13,472 bases of DNA from Candidatus Woesearchaeota archaeon (lineage in GTDB: Archaea; Nanobdellota; Nanobdellia; SCGC-AAA011-G17; UBA489). The DNA lies in NCBI GenBank assembly GCA_016845225.1, contig JAERTB010000015.1, forward strand, positions 1-13,472, read 5' to 3'. This document shows, in pieces, positions 13,068-13,472 of the stretch. The position numbers and the translations under genes were made by a program. The notes beneath the pieces were generated by a model. That model did not search any database and was not told the origin of the DNA. It saw only the letters and a program-made list of their open reading frames with translations. The number at the start of each line of letters is the position of its first letter. Position 1 is the first letter of the stretch.

Positions 13068-13472
13068 ATGTTCGATATAAAGAGGTTAGGTTCCGAACTA
13101 AGCAGAAAGTTTAGTTCTATTTTAGTTTTAAGTTTATTTATTATTTTAGGTGCTATGTTTGTATCAGCAGCGACTGTTACAATTGTTTCACCAACTACTG
13201 GCAGTTATTATGGTACAGGTCAAAATGTAACCATCAATGCTACTTTTGATACAGGAACAAATGTTACAGCTTACGCAGTAAATGTAATTGATACAACCGG
13301 TGCTCAAACATATTTTGAAGAAGTTACCGATCAAGAAAATCTTACAGGATTTACAGGTTTAATACAATGGAACGCATCAGATGAAACTGTAGACGGAACT
13401 TACACTATTAATATTAGTGCAACTGATGACGGTACAAGTTATGAAAATACAATAACTACTATTGTAGATCAT
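13068..13472 (+). CDS. Secreted sequon-rich surface protein with an Ig-like domain (5' partial; runs off the right edge)
   Basis: This ORF is not in the supplied track. ATG at 13068 opens 135 codons that run in frame to the window end. The translation is MFDIKRLGSELSRKFSSILVLSLFIILGAMFVSAATVTIVSPTTGSYYGTGQNVTINATFDTGTNVTAY...DGTYTINISATDDGTSYENTITTIVDH. It has a signal peptide with an SAA cleavage-like site and 6 N-x-S/T sequons. The beta-rich pattern (I.SP..G...V.I.A, DGTY.I...A.D) is typical of bacterial/archaeal Ig-like surface domains. Confidence 0.6.
   Translation, partial: MFDIKRLGSELSRKFSSILVLSLFIILGAMFVSAATVTIVSPTTGSYYGTGQNVTINATFDTGTNVTAYAVNVIDTTGAQTYFEEVTDQENLTGFTGLIQWNASDETVDGTYTINISATDDGTSYENTITTIVDH

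Noticed and set aside
1-13472. CRISPR arrays, rRNA genes, IS elements and toxin-antitoxin pairs
   Set aside because: I saw no regularly spaced direct repeats of 24-40 nt, no rRNA-like GC-rich conserved stretches and no terminal inverted repeats flanking an ORF. The only PIN domain is fused to an ATPase-KH housekeeping-type protein rather than forming a VapBC pair.

Overview
This is a visibly AT-rich, tightly packed archaeal chromosomal segment. The archaeal hallmarks are an AglB/STT3 oligosaccharyltransferase, archaeal-type SecF/SecD, TrmI, a PIN-ATPase-KH protein, tRNAs without encoded CCA, one bulge-helix-bulge tRNA intron, and TATA-like boxes about 25 nt upstream of starts. The style resembles small-genome DPANN-like archaea, but the lineage cannot be proven from this window. 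Left half, cell envelope: aglB (+, 5'-truncated) converges on a minus-strand secF-secD-DUF457-like operon. A divergent promoter region then leads into two translationally coupled (ATGA overlap) plus-strand genes for large surface-anchored proteins, one sequon-rich and one extremely Cys-rich and modular. Right half, RNA-centred, all on the minus strand: tRNA-Leu(CAA), alpha/beta-hydrolase, trmI, PIN-PilT-like ATPase-KH protein, tRNA-Arg(CCU) with a 21-nt non-canonical intron, and tRNA-Gly(UCC). The window ends in a 5' partial secreted, sequon-rich Ig-like surface protein gene (13068 to the edge) that is missing from the supplied ORF track. I saw no CRISPR array, transposase, integrase or rRNA. 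The most unusual items are listed here. (1) The coupled surface-protein pair shares a juxtamembrane Cys-knot/TM/basic-tail module. (2) SecD carries a ~150-aa tandem PDZ-like insertion. (3) The tRNA-Arg intron sits in the anticodon stem. (4) A palindrome-flanked triple TAGGTA repeat lies upstream of the PIN-ATPase gene. (5) tRNA-Leu abuts the hydrolase start codon. All family assignments come from motif recognition by eye; no database search was run.
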